From Camelus ferus (Eukaryota): 64,000 nucleotides of DNA. The stretch covers positions 63,118,001 to 63,182,000 of the forward strand of contig NC_045696.1 of NCBI RefSeq assembly GCF_009834535.1, in the 5' to 3' direction. Both the position numbers and the translations under genes were made by a program. The notes beneath the pieces are model-generated. The model did no database searches. It was not told the origin of the DNA and was given only the letters and a program-made list of their open reading frames with translations. Of the stretch, positions 24,530 through 36,079 are shown one piece after another (the stretch's first letter is position 1; each line of letters starts with the position of its first letter).

Positions 24530-25127
24530 TTTTATTTTTTTAATTGAAGTATATTTGATTTACAACGTTATGCAAGTTTCTGATGTATAACATAATGATT
24601 CAGTTATACATATGTATCCAGATATACATATACATGTATATATATTCTTTTTCATTATAGGTTATTACAAACTATTGGATATAGTTCTCTGTGCTATACA
24701 GTAGGACTTGTTGTTTATCTATTTTATATATAGTAGTTTGTATTTGCTAAGCCAGACTCCCAATTTATCCCTCCCCTCCTTTCGCCTTTGGTGACTGTAA
24801 GTTTGTTTTCTGTCTGTGAGTCTGTTTCTGTTTTGTAAGTAAGTTCATTTGTGTCATTTTTTTAGATTCCACATATAAGTAATATCATATGATATTTGTC
24901 TTTCTCCATCTGACTGACTTCTCTTAGTATGATAATCTCTAGGTACGTCTGTGTTGCTGTAAATGGCATTATTTCATTCTTTTTTTATGGCTGAGTTGTA
25001 TGCTATTGTATATATGTATGTATATACCACATCTTCTTTATCCAGTCATCTGTTGATAGATACCTAAGATGCTTCCATATCTTGGCAATTATAAATTGTG
25101 CTGCTATTGAACATTGGGGTGCATGTA
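24530..25127 (-). mobile_element. 5'-truncated L1 3' end with target-site duplication
   Basis: L1 3' UTR and ORF2-end sequence; flanks tctaaaagtactaatttta (24511) / tctaaaagtgttaatttta (25128). Confidence 0.9.
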
Positions 25128-26390
25128 TCTAAAAGTGTTAATTTTAGAAGAAAATATATGTAAGTACAAAGAAAGAGGCCATAGCATTCCAGTAGGTACC
25201 AAAGGCCAAAAGTGGAGTTCAGGACATAGATTCTGCCTTGCACAGATCTGTGTGCTTCCTAGGGAAGTGGCAGTGAGAGACAGTACATCTCAAAGTATGT
25301 GAGCCATCAGCTGGTTCCCCCCTGGGTGAGGAAAGACTCCCCTGGGCCCCCAAGGGCAACAGGGATGCACAGGAGAGAGAGCACTGACCGGGAGTCGGGT
25401 GGACACAGAGGTTTGTCTGGGTCTCGAGGTCCGGCCAGGTGGCCTGGGTCCTGCACTGGAATTCTTGAGTTTCAGTGTCTCCCTCTGTAAATGGAAATCA
25501 TTAAGACCTGCCCTACCTGTATTACAGAGTGATTATGAGGATCAAACGGGGGTGCTGCCGAGGCTCAGCAAGACTACCAGTGGTGTGAGGTGTAGAGCAG
25601 GGGACAATGAGTGGAAAGTGTGCCAGGGCCCCCACGCTGCCCTGAGAGCCGTTGAACCAGTCGATGCCATTCACTTCTCTGGACTTGCTCTGAAAGTGGA
25701 GCTAATGAGCTCAGGGAGCTAGCGAGGCTCTGACAAGGTCGGAGTGTGGAAGGGCTGCGATGCAGTAGAACATTCCCACAGATGCTCAGCTTCGGACTGG
25801 GCCATCATGAAGGTCCCACTTAGCAAGTGACCCTAAGTGCAGAAGTGTATTGTCGGAGGAGGTAACTGGAGGTTAATTACACTGTCAGTTCTTAGAGGCG
25901 GAAAGGCTTCCATCAGGAAGAGAACAGGGTCAACCATCAGCAAAACGGGCTGCTGCATCTGCCTAAATGTCACTCAGAAAATGTCCTCTGGCCTCTTCTA
26001 CAAGCATGTCCATCACACAGATCCAAGGGAGAGCCTTTTTGCTTCCACCTGGACCAGTGCCAGCGCGCCAGCCTGAGCTCCTGCCTCCATCTCCCCTCCT
26101 TTCATTGCTGTCCTACCCAGGATCTTCTTAACACTCCACCAGCCCCACAGCCTCCCTGCTCTCAGGCTTTCTGTGGCTTCTTCCTGATTAACCTTTTACG
26201 TCCAGACCCCTTATCCTGACCTCCAGGACTCTTCACTGTCTGGCCCTGGGCCGACTCTCCAGGCTTTTCCCAGCACCTCCAACCGGTTCTCTTCTCTGCA
26301 TTCCTTTGTTCATCTCTGTCTTCTCCTCCTGCCCTTCAAGGCCCTGGTTAAATCCTGCTTCCTCCAAGAAGCCTTCCCTGCAATCCTGAG

Positions 26391-26531
26391 TAAGGCTGCT
26401 AGACTTAACAGGGGAAAAATACAGGACTGCCCGTGAGGTTGAATTTCAGATAAACATATCTATACTAGAACATACTTTGTTATCTGAAATTCAGATTTCA
26501 CTAGGTGTCCTGTGTTTTACCTGCAGCCCTG
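26391..26531. mobile_element. Palindromic hAT MITE (MER53-like)
   Basis: 'aaaaatacaggac...tgaatttcagataa...ttatctgaaattca...gtcctgtgtttt' internal inverted symmetry. Confidence 0.65.
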
Positions 26532-27694
26532 CTCCTGAATCAGACCTGGCATGCCCACTTCCAGCCCTTCCCAGGACTACTTCTTCAGTTCTCTGGAGCA
26601 GCATATGAACAACAAAATTTCTTCCCACCAGATCAGGAACATACAGTATTATATGTCAATTATATCTCATGTTTTATTGGGAAAGAAATTAATTTAAAAA
26701 GCAGGAACAGGCGCCAAGGTTGCCAAGGCCTTTCCCACAGGTGGGCCTGGGATTTGACCTAAACACAGTGTTTGTATCCCTTGTGACTGGAGTTCAGCGG
26801 TGCTTGCTCCCAACCCCTGCTGCCCACCATTTTAATACACATGGCTTCTCCATCTCGGCCCTTTTGTCCCAACCTTGGGATGTCCCTGCAGTGAAATAGT
26901 GTCATCTTTATAAAGGAAACCGACCCACTGGGGGTCAGAACTTCTCTCACTGATCCAGTTCACCATGGACCTTGCATACAGCACTTCCCAGCCTGTGTCC
27001 CGTTTTCCCATCTCACACTGCATTTTCCCCACAGCTGCCGGGAAGGAAGAGCGAAGTGGGGAGGTTGTTCTGTTAGAAAGAAAGGGTGGGCATTGAAACC
27101 GTGCTTGATCCAGAGTAAGTGCTATGGAACTGCTGAATTAACTAAAGAAATAGAAAGGAGGAGATTCAGAAGCACAGGGTGTAATGTTGAAAAGCCTGTG
27201 AGGTACTAGGTCAAAAGGAAATCTCCTTAATGAAAGCTAAGACGGAACTGTAGCTGGTGTGTATCTGGCCAGTCTCAAAACTTTATGTTCAGGAGAAACA
27301 AAAGAGCTTTATCATCAGTCCTGAGTCCAGTACCATTTCACCTCCCCAATCTTGGGGAAGTCACTTCTCCCCAGACGTAAGGGGAGGGAGTGAATGATGC
27401 CTGAGGGCCCATCCAGCTCCCAAGCCTGGGAAGTGACCCTGTTTCCTCAATGGCTGAGACACACCTCAAAGTCTTCAGGAACAAAGGAGAAGTTTCCATG
27501 TGCCTGTGGACCGGGGCTACAGGATGCATCTCCGTTCCAAAAGCACAAAAAAGTGTGCCTTTAGAATTGAGGTGTGTTGAAATACTACATGCTGTGGTTC
27601 ACAGAGGTGATGGAATCATGATCCTAAAGACAATCTAAGGATATTTGGAAATGCTCATGATATGTTGAGGAAAAAGCCATTTGCATTATTTGGG

Positions 27695-27726
<32 letters not shown>

Positions 27727-27754
27727 GCGTGCGCGCGCGTGTGTGTGTGTGTAT
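27695..27754. repeat. (GT)n/(GC)n alternating purine-pyrimidine tract
   Basis: Direct read. Confidence 0.95.
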
Positions 27755-28118
27755 CTGTTTCAGAGGACTATTCAATACAGGTAAACAGAGGTTCTCGTTT
27801 AAGGATAGAATTATGGGTGATCTTTATTTTTGTTTTCGAGAAAAATTTCTACGCAAAAATGAATACATTTTCTCTTGAAATGGGGAAAAGACTATAAAAA
27901 TGTTATTTACTTTTACTTTTTGAGGGGATCTAAAGACAGTGTAGTTACAAAGTTTTGGGTTAATTGTACTCCCTAGGCATATTGGTTTAAAAAGTAATTT
28001 AAAAAAAGAAATCTCAGCTATTATTTCCACTAGAGGGCACTCTTCTGAAATTTTAGACTTGATGCTGAAGTTTTTGGAAAGGAAGTTTCGAGGTTTCATT
28101 TCAAATCCAGTTGGCGGA

Positions 28119-28310
28119 CTTTTTTTTTTTTTAATTGAAGTATAGTCAGTTTACAATGTTGTGTCAGTTTCTGGTGTATAGCATAATGCTTCAGTCACAC
28201 ACACACACACACACATACACACATATTCCTTTTCATATTCTTTTTCATTAAAGGTTACACAAGATATTGTATATAGTTCCCTGTGCTATGCGGTATAAAC
28301 TTGTTTACCT
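28119..28310 (-). mobile_element. Short L1 3' end with poly-T tail and internal (CA)n
   Basis: T-run followed by 'aattgaagtatagtcagtttacaatgttgtgtcagtttctggtgtatagc'. Confidence 0.8.
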
Positions 28311-29856
28311 AACCGAGCAGTTAACACTAGTACATTAGAATTAACTAAAGTGCAGACTTTATTTGGATTTGACCAGTTTTTCCTTTAATGTTCTTATTCT
28401 GTTCCAGGATACAATCCAGTATATCACATTGTATTTAGTAATTTTTTTTTCTAACAAAACACTCACTCATTGTGGTAACCACAGATTACCAATTATATTT
28501 TAAATGAACATCTATATTTTCTAAAGAAAGGTGAAGATTAGCATTTTTTTCTGTTATCTCTTTTTTTTAATTCCATTACATTTGCAAAGGTTGTTTAACT
28601 TTTCCGATCTCTATGTTAGCATCAATATTTTTATCTTTTGCAGTGTGTGTGGAACCATCATCTTTAGTAACTTTGTGTCTTCTCCAATTAATTTTTTTTT
28701 CAGTTTATGTTTCCTCCAGCAAGATGGCATTAAAAGATGAATGCTATGGAATTACCACAGTTTGTTAGGTGTAATAATGGCACTGTGCTTAGGAGTTTTT
28801 AAAAGTCATCTACGAGATACATACTGAAGTATTTACAGATGAAATTATTTGCTTTAAAATACTTCAGCACATAAAAACTTGGGAGAATTAGAGCAAATGA
28901 AAGGATGTGTTCATGGAGAGTCATCAGATTATTCTTTTACTTTTGGATATGGCTGAAGAATCTTACAATTAAGAAGTTAATCAAAAGGAAAAGGCGTGGT
29001 ATACAGCTGAAGTCAGTGGTGACTGGAGTTGGCCATGTCTAATATGTCCTATTGCGGAAAGGGGGAAAGAGTTCATTGGTGCCCAGCTGGAAGCACGTGA
29101 CCTGGAGGGGCGGATGGGAGGGGGAGGGAAGAAGGGAAGAACTGGGGAGACAAATGTTGGGCTGCGTTTCAGCTGCCCCCCACCCCATATAATGCCCACC
29201 CTCCTGCAGGGCACCACATCCTGCCCGTGGTGGGGGGTGGGGCAGGGAACGCATGTGAGGGGCACTGAGCGAGGACCCAGCTTTGGCACACCTGCCCTGC
29301 CCTCCTCGCTTCCAGAGTGGGACCTCTGCCCTTTGCCCCAGGGCTACCAGTTGGCCAGGCACTGAGCTTGGGGCACGGCTCTGCCAGCACAGCCTTGGAC
29401 ACCTCTCTGCTCTGCCCACTCCATCCCCACCTCCAGCTCTGGCCCAGAGTGGCACTTGTGTGGGCTCCAGAGCAGAGCCCCATCTCTGGGCTAGCAGTTA
29501 TCAATGGACAAATAGAGGTATTCAGTAAAGATTTTACAATTTTAACTCAGATACACAGCTACACACACACACAGCAGACATTTGCTGAGTGCACTCCACA
29601 CCAGCTGAGTGTACTCCAGGCCCTGAAGGCTCAACGTTGAGTTAAACTGGGGCCCTCAAAAAGCTCAGAAAGACAAAACAAAAGCAAACAAACAGGAGTT
29701 GTTCAAAATGAAAATTTAAAAGAATTGAACAGTAGGGGCTTTGTTTTAGTGTGACAATAATGCCAAATCCTGTGTACTGTTCAGATTGGCAGCTATTCAA
29801 TGTAATAGACATTCACAGAACAGTGTAACAGACACTTGCAGATTCATAGTTCTGTG

Positions 29857-29857
<1 letters not shown>

Positions 29858-29900
<43 letters not shown>
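29858..29900. repeat. (TC)n(AC)n compound microsatellite
   Basis: Direct read. Confidence 0.9.
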
Positions 29901-29904
<4 letters not shown>

Positions 29905-30489
29905 GCATCTCCCAGGCACTGCAGGAGGCACTGGAGGAATGGGAGCAGACGGCGATGCCACACTTCAGGAACCTGAGTCAGACATATTTGAGGCTTGGGG
30001 TGGAACCAGCCATGCAATAAAGGCTGATTAAAAATGAATCTTGGCTGATAGCACATACCCCTTATTTTCAAGTGAGGGTTTCACTTGCGTCTCTCTTTCT
30101 TAGTTTTATGGGTTTGAGCTGACTCATCTCAGCCATGTGGTTAGTAATGGATTTATTATTATTATTATTATTATTATTATGCCTAATAGTAATAATTTCT
30201 AATAATAGTAATTTAAAAATCTGTATAGATAATCATTTTTTCAAGGACCTGTAGCCCTTCATAATTATCACAATTATCCCATTGACCATTTAAGTAAATT
30301 GTCACCGCTTGTAGCTGCTGCCTTTTTGCTTGCTGAAGTCAGCTGTTCCTTTGCCTCCAGACCAGTGGAGGGACTGCCTCCTGGCTCACTGAGCAGACAG
30401 GGGCTGGCGCCAAGCTCTGCTCTGCTCTGTGATGGTGGCAAAATCTATTCAACACTTTTTTTTTTTTAATCTTTCTTTTTATTCTGTAG

Positions 30490-30522
30490 CAGAAGTATTG
30501 GGAAGCCCTAAACCTGGAGCAG
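30490..30522 (+). CDS. TMEM44: TMEM44 exon 10, 33-nt micro-exon (QKYWEALNLEQ)
   Basis: Long T tract, tag|cag acceptor, |gtatga donor; matches recalled human QKYWEALNSEQ. Confidence 0.9.
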
Positions 30523-33045
30523 GTATGAACAGTCATGCTCTCTCTTTATTCCACACGGGACTTCCTGTGGCTTGATTTCAGTTCCTGTTTCTGTGAGCCC
30601 CACTTGGATGGCTGGGCCCATGCCAGATTCCTTTAGGAGAAAAAAAAATGTGAAAATGAAAGGAGAGTCTGAGGGTCAGGGTATTTTCTGGGCTCTCTCA
30701 GTTGAGAGTTCTTTCTGTTTGGTCCAATCCATCATGTAGGGACTCAGAGAAGATGTGTAATCCAGGGGAAAAACGTGGCTTGGAACAAAAGTCTCTGAAG
30801 AAGCAGAAGAAAGGCAGGTTGCTAATGGTAGTGGTGCCGGGAGTGCCCTCGGCAGTTGAGATCAACACTCCCCCGCGTCGTCATTGTGAGACCTTGGCAG
30901 CTGCTGCTCCCTCCATGCTATCCTCGCCTCCACGTGATGAATGAGCACGCTTCACAACAGCCACCTGTGCCTGTCATCTCCAGGACTTTTTTCTACTAAG
31001 GGAGTAGATTATCTTTTGCTCAAATTCTCTGAATGCCTGGATTCCAGCAGTGTTTTTATTACTTAAAATGACATTTTAAAACACATTATTCTGGGAGTTC
31101 AGAAGGAAGAGACAAAATGTTTTCAAAGGCTTAACCCACTTCCAGGAGTGCACCTGATCAAAGTAGCGGGCTGTTGCTGTTTGCCCGGAGCTGAATTGGT
31201 CAGGAGTAGCAAGAATAACTCTTAAGAAGCCATTTTAGGAGCTGAAGCAGTGGTTATGAAATATCAGCTAAGAGTCACCCTAGGAGCTTGTTCAAATGCC
31301 AAGCCTTAGGTCCCAACCCATGCATAGGGTCTAGGGTGGGTCCCCGGCATCAACCTTTTTAATGAGGGCCCTCTGGTGAGGTTGGTCGAGAACCGAGAGA
31401 TCTAGAATGGAGGTCTCAGCTTGAAAACAGAATTCATCCAAAAGTACACTGTCCATGCTCAGAGGACAGAACAGGTCCCCACTCCCACCCTTGGGCATCT
31501 GGGCCACAGAGAATGAGGGGCCAGGGAGCTCTTTCACTTGGGAGATCTGATAACGTCCAGAAGGAATCTGCTTAGAGGTGTGTCCCCCCAAGCCTGCAAC
31601 CACAAACATATGAGAAGTTGGCACTGGGAGTGCCTGGCACAGCCCCAGACAGGTACGTGGGGCTAAGCTGCACCAACCAAATCAGCTTAGTCCCTGGCCT
31701 GCAGGGTTACTGGGTCTTTTAAATGTGATGCTTTTCTTGACGACCAAGTAGTAGAACTTAATTCGGTTATTATCAGTAAATCACTAATCAAATTGCGCTT
31801 GTTCAAAATAAAACTACAATGTGTGTTTTAAAACTGGCAGCATGTGGGCATTATCTGTTAGTGGCCCAGGGAGCCTCTAAGACCTTGTCCTGGCCCTCTA
31901 AGGACTAGACTCTTTGATTCCACTCAGGTTTCAGTGGCTGGTAGAGCATTTTTCTTTGGGTCCATGTCCATGCCTGGCCCTATTTTCTTGCCCAAATAGA
32001 CTGGCCTGGGCTGACACATCCTTCATGTCCTTTGCTTGTTTCCTGGGCCTTTTGTTACTATCAAATGCAACCTTATGACTCAGAATCATCAGTCATAGAA
32101 ACTCAGAAATAAGAGATCGTGTTATCTAGTTGCCAATTCAGCCTCCCAATGTACACATGGAGGAATCAAGATCAAAAGAAAAGCAAGCCAGCTAGTGGCA
32201 GAAGGAGGGCTTAAGCCTGACGCCCCATTTGCCCCTGTGGCTGGAATCACTAAGGATTCCCTTGCTTTTGGCCCACATGCAAAGTCCTCTCTCATCTGTT
32301 AAGAACAACAGGAGGACTTTGCAAACAGCCAATCAATGCTTGTGTGCCCACCTGCCCACTCCTACCCCTGCAAATTTCAATTTCCCATACTTGTCTGACT
32401 CAGAGTGATGAAATATTCACTAGCAGTGACAACTCTGAATTAAGTTTTAAGTGTTTGTTTTTGACAAGTCTGCTAACCTCAGAAGGAAACACCGTGTGGG
32501 GGCAAGGGCAGACCAGTGCCCTGCCCTACGTGAGAGGACAAGGCAGTACCCAGAGACAGGGCATGGCTGTGTGTCGCTTAGCTGCAAACCAGTGGTACAG
32601 ACAGTACAAAGAGAGAAGTGGGTGAGAGCTCAGTGGGGGAAGCAATCCTCTTCTTGGAAGAGGAGGAACTTACCTGAGCCCTGAAGAATGGTTTGAGTTT
32701 GCCTGGTCTTTTCCAGGAACGAGTTAGGCATGGAGGTAGGAGTTCTCAGGATAATGGGAATATGACTCAGTCTCACTAGAGAAGGACTTGGTGAAAACAA
32801 GGGGAAAAAAGAGTGGGAGGGGAAGTAGGTCTGGTCTGTTCAGGGTGGCTGTCCATTAATTCCTTGATTTAAGTTTTACTTGTCCTGTTAGGTCCTAGAA
32901 ACACAGGCCTGGTTAACCTATCTTTATCTGTTTGTTCATCTGGGCCTGGGCCGTGAGAACCAGGATTGGAGCTCTTGTTGGGGGAATCATAAGAGATGAA
33001 AAGGGTCTATTCCATCAAGGTACCTCTTGTATCTTTTCTCCACAG

Positions 33046-33156
33046 TGGGACCCTGAAGATGTAAACCTTGAAAGGAACAAAGATAACATGCAGATGCTCA
33101 GATCCCAGGTGCACAAGTGGTCTGTGAAGCCAGTGGACTTGACCTCTGATGAGTAA
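33046..33156 (+). CDS. TMEM44: TMEM44 exon 11, last coding exon (WDPEDVNLERNKDNMQMLRSQVHKWSVKPVDLTSDE*)
   Basis: ccacag| acceptor; homology to the WDPEDVNLE C-terminus; TAA stop; joined CDS is 1326 nt (441 aa). Confidence 0.95.
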   Translation, partial: WDPEDVNLERNKDNMQMLRSQVHKWSVKPVDLTSDE

Positions 33157-33944
33157 CACTTTCTGGAGACAGCTCAACAGCTCCGAGCTGTCAAGCATTT
33201 GTCAGGATCTGAGCAGGGATCAACCTGCAGTGACACCCATGACTGGAATTTAAGCTTCTGCCGAGGCTGCCCATGAAAATGAGGAACAAGGAGCTGTCAC
33301 AGAGCTTGGCTGGTCGGCACCATGGCTCAGAATGGAGCTAAGACTTGGGGTCCTCTGGACAGGCCCCAAGTTTGTTCTGAAGATTAGAAGTTCACAAACC
33401 ACTCTTGCTTTGAGATACAATCTAAAGGACTTTGGACCTTCTTTTCCCTTTCCCTTTAGATTCGCCTGTACTCTGACTATCTGCTAGGTGCCAGGAACGA
33501 GTTCATCAAACAAACAGCTGATATGTTTGGATCTCCATAAAGCTCTATTCTGCCAGAACTGACTAAGCCTAGGAGAGGACTGGGCCAATGGTCTGGGGGT
33601 CTGGGATGCGATCACAGGTACTGATGGGAACTGACTCCTGCCCTCCAGTCACCCACTTGAGTTTTCTGCTGGAAGTTAGGAGAGGACTGTTTGATGAACC
33701 AGGTGTTTGCAAGATCATTGGTATTGCAAGGGCAAGCAAAGCAAATTGCTCTAGGTACCAGGACTTGCTCCAACCTGGCAAGGTGTGTGCTGGGGCAGGG
33801 TTTGCAGGTGAAGGGGACTATCTGCTTCAGGAGGTACCTGAAAGCACACAAAGGGTAAGAGGCATGATGGGAGGTGTTCAATTTAAGCACTGAAATCCCA
33901 TTTCAGGATTTTTTTGGAGCGAGGGTGGGGGGAACACCTGAATG

Positions 33945-33950
33945 AATAAA
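33945..33950 (+). terminator. TMEM44: Probable TMEM44 polyadenylation signal AATAAA
   Basis: First AATAAA seen after the stop, giving a 3' UTR of about 0.8 kb. Confidence 0.7.
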
Positions 33951-35700
33951 TCCTGATTGAGTGAACTAAAGTATCTCACCATGGAGCACAGAGATATGTC
34001 TGAATCCCAGCACAGCCACAGAAGCCTGCCATGAGAGGATCTGGGGGAAATGTCAAGAAACACAGTCCTGTTCCTGGCTGTCCCCTAGCAGCCTGTGTGA
34101 CTCAGCTGCAGCTGCCCAATTGCTCCTAAGGGGTAGTTCAAGTTGCAGCAGCATGAAAGGGGTGCCTCACGGAAGCAGGTTGGTTTCACAGGTCTCTGCA
34201 GGGATTCCAATCCCCAGTGTGACCTCTGAACTAGAAGTGAACTTAAAGCCACCCTATTTACCCAACTGCTTTGGACCGTGCTTGTCTTGTAATAGAGTTT
34301 GCTAAAGTCAGTTTTGCTCTGTGATCTTAATCACCAAAGCTGTACTTTGAGGGAAGATGAAACTTTGAATTGAGGTGCAGGGGTTGGGAGAGTGTTCTGG
34401 CAGAGGAAACCACACAGGATTAGAAGCAGGGAAGAGAGGAATCTAGCCAAGGAAAGAGGAATCTGATGTGACCAGAATGGGTGTAGGGAGTGGGTGAAGG
34501 GGCTGAAAAGGAACCTGGGAGCTGGTACTTAATTCTGTGGGTGACTGGTAGCTATTGCAAGATCCCAGAGTAGGAAAATGGCATGCCTTAGAGAGACCAC
34601 AGCTGACTGGTGAGTTTTACATCCCTATGGCCACAACTTTTCAGGAAGCAGAAATGTAGTCAAGGATACAGTACAGACTTGGGGAACGTGTTTCATCTGA
34701 TTGGTAACAGCAGGGCAGGAAGAGGGCTCATCTTGGGAAACGCAGAAGGCGTGGTAGTAGGATGACATCCCTGGAGTTCGCCTTTAGCACATTCCCCTCT
34801 CTCCCAAGGGGAGGCTGGCTCATGCTCTGTGGGGCACCCGAAACTGGTTGGCTCCTGATAGAAATGGCCATTCACTCAAGAACATCAAATGATCTTGCTG
34901 ACTTTGAGCAGCACAAACTACTTGAGCTCCAGATGTTGACCATTTCTCTGGACCCCATCGTCCCAGCCTCTTCCTTCACAAACTAGTATTTAGTGTTGTC
35001 CAAGCTTGTCTCAAAATTGAATCCCAAGTCTCTTCATCCAGAGTGAACCTTTAAACTGAGCAATTTTGGAAGCAAAGTGTGGCCTCATTGTTCAATGGGA
35101 ATCTGCCTGTTATGCAAAGCTCTGGAACTCTGGGGCCTTCATGAAGAGGTGCCAATCAAAATGCCTTTCTCCTAGCAGGCATCCTTCTAGCTGCCTTGGG
35201 CCTCCATTGCAGCTTCATCCCTCACTGTTAGTCTGACTAGGAGGATAATGGGAGTTACTTGTCCTGAAGACTCACTGAACAGTGCAAGACGCTGCCTACA
35301 CTGGGGAGAAGCTGGGGAACAAATTGTGTGATCATCTGCCCAATCACCTGGAGATGAAAGATGGTGTAACAGTTGCACCTACTGTCTGCATGGCTTGGAG
35401 CTTGTTACCCAACCTTTGCGAACTCATGGGTAAACTGAGAATAACACCTACTTAGAAAGCTCGTTGTGAAGATTAAGTAAATGAACATATATGAATGCAA
35501 AACACTATGTGACTCAAAGTAGACATTAAAGAGGGATTAGTTTCCTTCCTCCCTACAATTCCTGGCTACATATGCCCTGAAAACCAGTTAGTGACCAAGA
35601 ATCAGATCCACAGATGGAAGGAGCTTCAGAGGACTGAATCCCCTTGACTACAACCCCAGTAAGTGATTATCCAACCAACCAAGTAGTTTAAACTACTCCA

Positions 35701-35757
35701 AAAAAAAAAAAAAAAAAGAAAGAAAGAAAGAAAGAAAGAGAAAGAAAAAGAAGAAAA
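35701..35757. repeat. A-run plus (GAAA)n purine tract
   Basis: Direct read. Confidence 0.9.
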
Positions 35758-36079
35758 GGATTTCACCCATTTTAATCTCCCAAAGAAGCCTGGGTGATTT
35801 AGGGAGAGCTCTATCACTAAGATTTTCTTAAAATCCTCTGTAGATCCTGAAGAACCAATCCCTGTATCTCCCCCAGTACTTCCGTATGATGAAGAGATTT
35901 GTGAGCCAAACTCATATTGTGTTTGTTACAATGGGGTAAGAGCTCCTCCAGAGCAAGGAGAGGAACTGGGCCAAGGAGCACGGCTGGACTCCAGTTTCGA
36001 GGTCTGATTCAGTTTGATCCTTGTCAAGTCATTTCCCTTTCTCATCACATTTTCCTCATCTGTAAAATGAAAGGACTGG

